Origin: a virus
DNA: 64,000 bases
IMG/VR virus record: IMGVR_UViG_3300047476_001426
Coordinates: 64,001-128,000 of that record
Reading direction: 5' to 3' (one strand)
The notes beneath the pieces were generated by a model. The model ran no database searches. It worked only from the letters and a program-made list of their open reading frames with translations, and was not told where the DNA came from. Shown piece by piece: positions 63,630-64,000 of this stretch; within the stretch, counting starts at the first letter, position 1, and each line of letters begins with the position of its first letter. The position numbers were made by a program, and so were the translations under genes.

Positions 63630-64000
63630 AAACAATAACAATAATTGAAGATTTAATTCTTGAAGCAAACAGGAAAGACACCCTTATAAATAAGTTAGGT
63701 CTTAGTCAAGAGAACGCGGAATTGTTAGAAGAATTAACCGGTCCATTATCAATTATTATTGGTAACAAACTTATTGATGTATTTGGTCAAAAACAGTTAG
63801 AATATCTTTCATCTGCAGTACCTGAAGATGAAGAGAGGAGAATGAGGGAAGAATTTAAAAAGAATCCCGAGTATCGAAGAAAAATGGGGGTGGATGCGAT
63901 TAATAAATCGAGTGGTGTGAGAGGAATGAGAAGTAATATTGTTTCAATCATGGACTGGGTTCGTATTGGTTTAAATGGTAATATTTCTCAATATAAAAAT
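63626..64000 (+). CDS. Late protein (partial, runs off right edge)
   Basis: ATG at 63626: MKTITIIEDLILEANRK..., overlapping the previous stop; absent from ORF track. Confidence 0.75.
   Translation, partial: MKTITIIEDLILEANRKDTLINKLGLSQENAELLEELTGPLSIIIGNKLIDVFGQKQLEYLSSAVPEDEERRMREEFKKNPEYRRKMGVDAINKSSGVRGMRSNIVSIMDWVRIGLNGNISQYKN

Noticed and set aside
1-64000. Genome-wide TAG reassignment (code 15)
   Set aside because: Nearly all genes are full length in code 11; internal TAGs were found only in the two genes at 13311 and 13673

Overview
AT-rich, gene-dense window that reads as part of a large (jumbo/huge) tailed phage genome. No capsid or terminase gene is present here, so this call is inferred from the tRNA array, tmRNA, GH19 endolysin and many small phage-type ORFs. 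The host is probably Bacteroidota: TAnnTTTG/-33 TTG promoters and a T9SS C-terminal sorting domain are present. Layout: (1) 1-5.4 kb, minus-strand secreted/outer-membrane module (G/S/N-rich protein, CsgG-family, cohesin/dockerin+T9SS cargo). (2) 5.5-19.2 kb, RNA island: 27 tRNAs covering all 20 amino acids plus an amber suppressor and Ile(TAT), at least 6 tRNA-like RNAs, many structured spacers, tmRNA, a Pth2-like hydrolase, and a TerD-fused protein followed by a repeat RNA array. (3) 19-27 kb, DUF2589 pair and probable virion/ejection proteins. (4) 27-47.8 kb, ~21-kb glycan biosynthesis island. (5) 48-64 kb, nucleotide metabolism, nucleases, endolysin, and late genes sharing an N-terminal motif. 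Strongest candidate novel systems: two adjacent genes locked by an in-frame TAG (both TAG-ATT-AAC-A) upstream of a CTA-anticodon tRNA; leader-peptide attenuators in front of the tRNA arrays; and a five-copy GGCTAY-N7-GTTACTTCT Y-RNA-like array behind a putative Ro/TROVE-like-TerD protein. All family assignments come from motif recognition by eye, not database searches.
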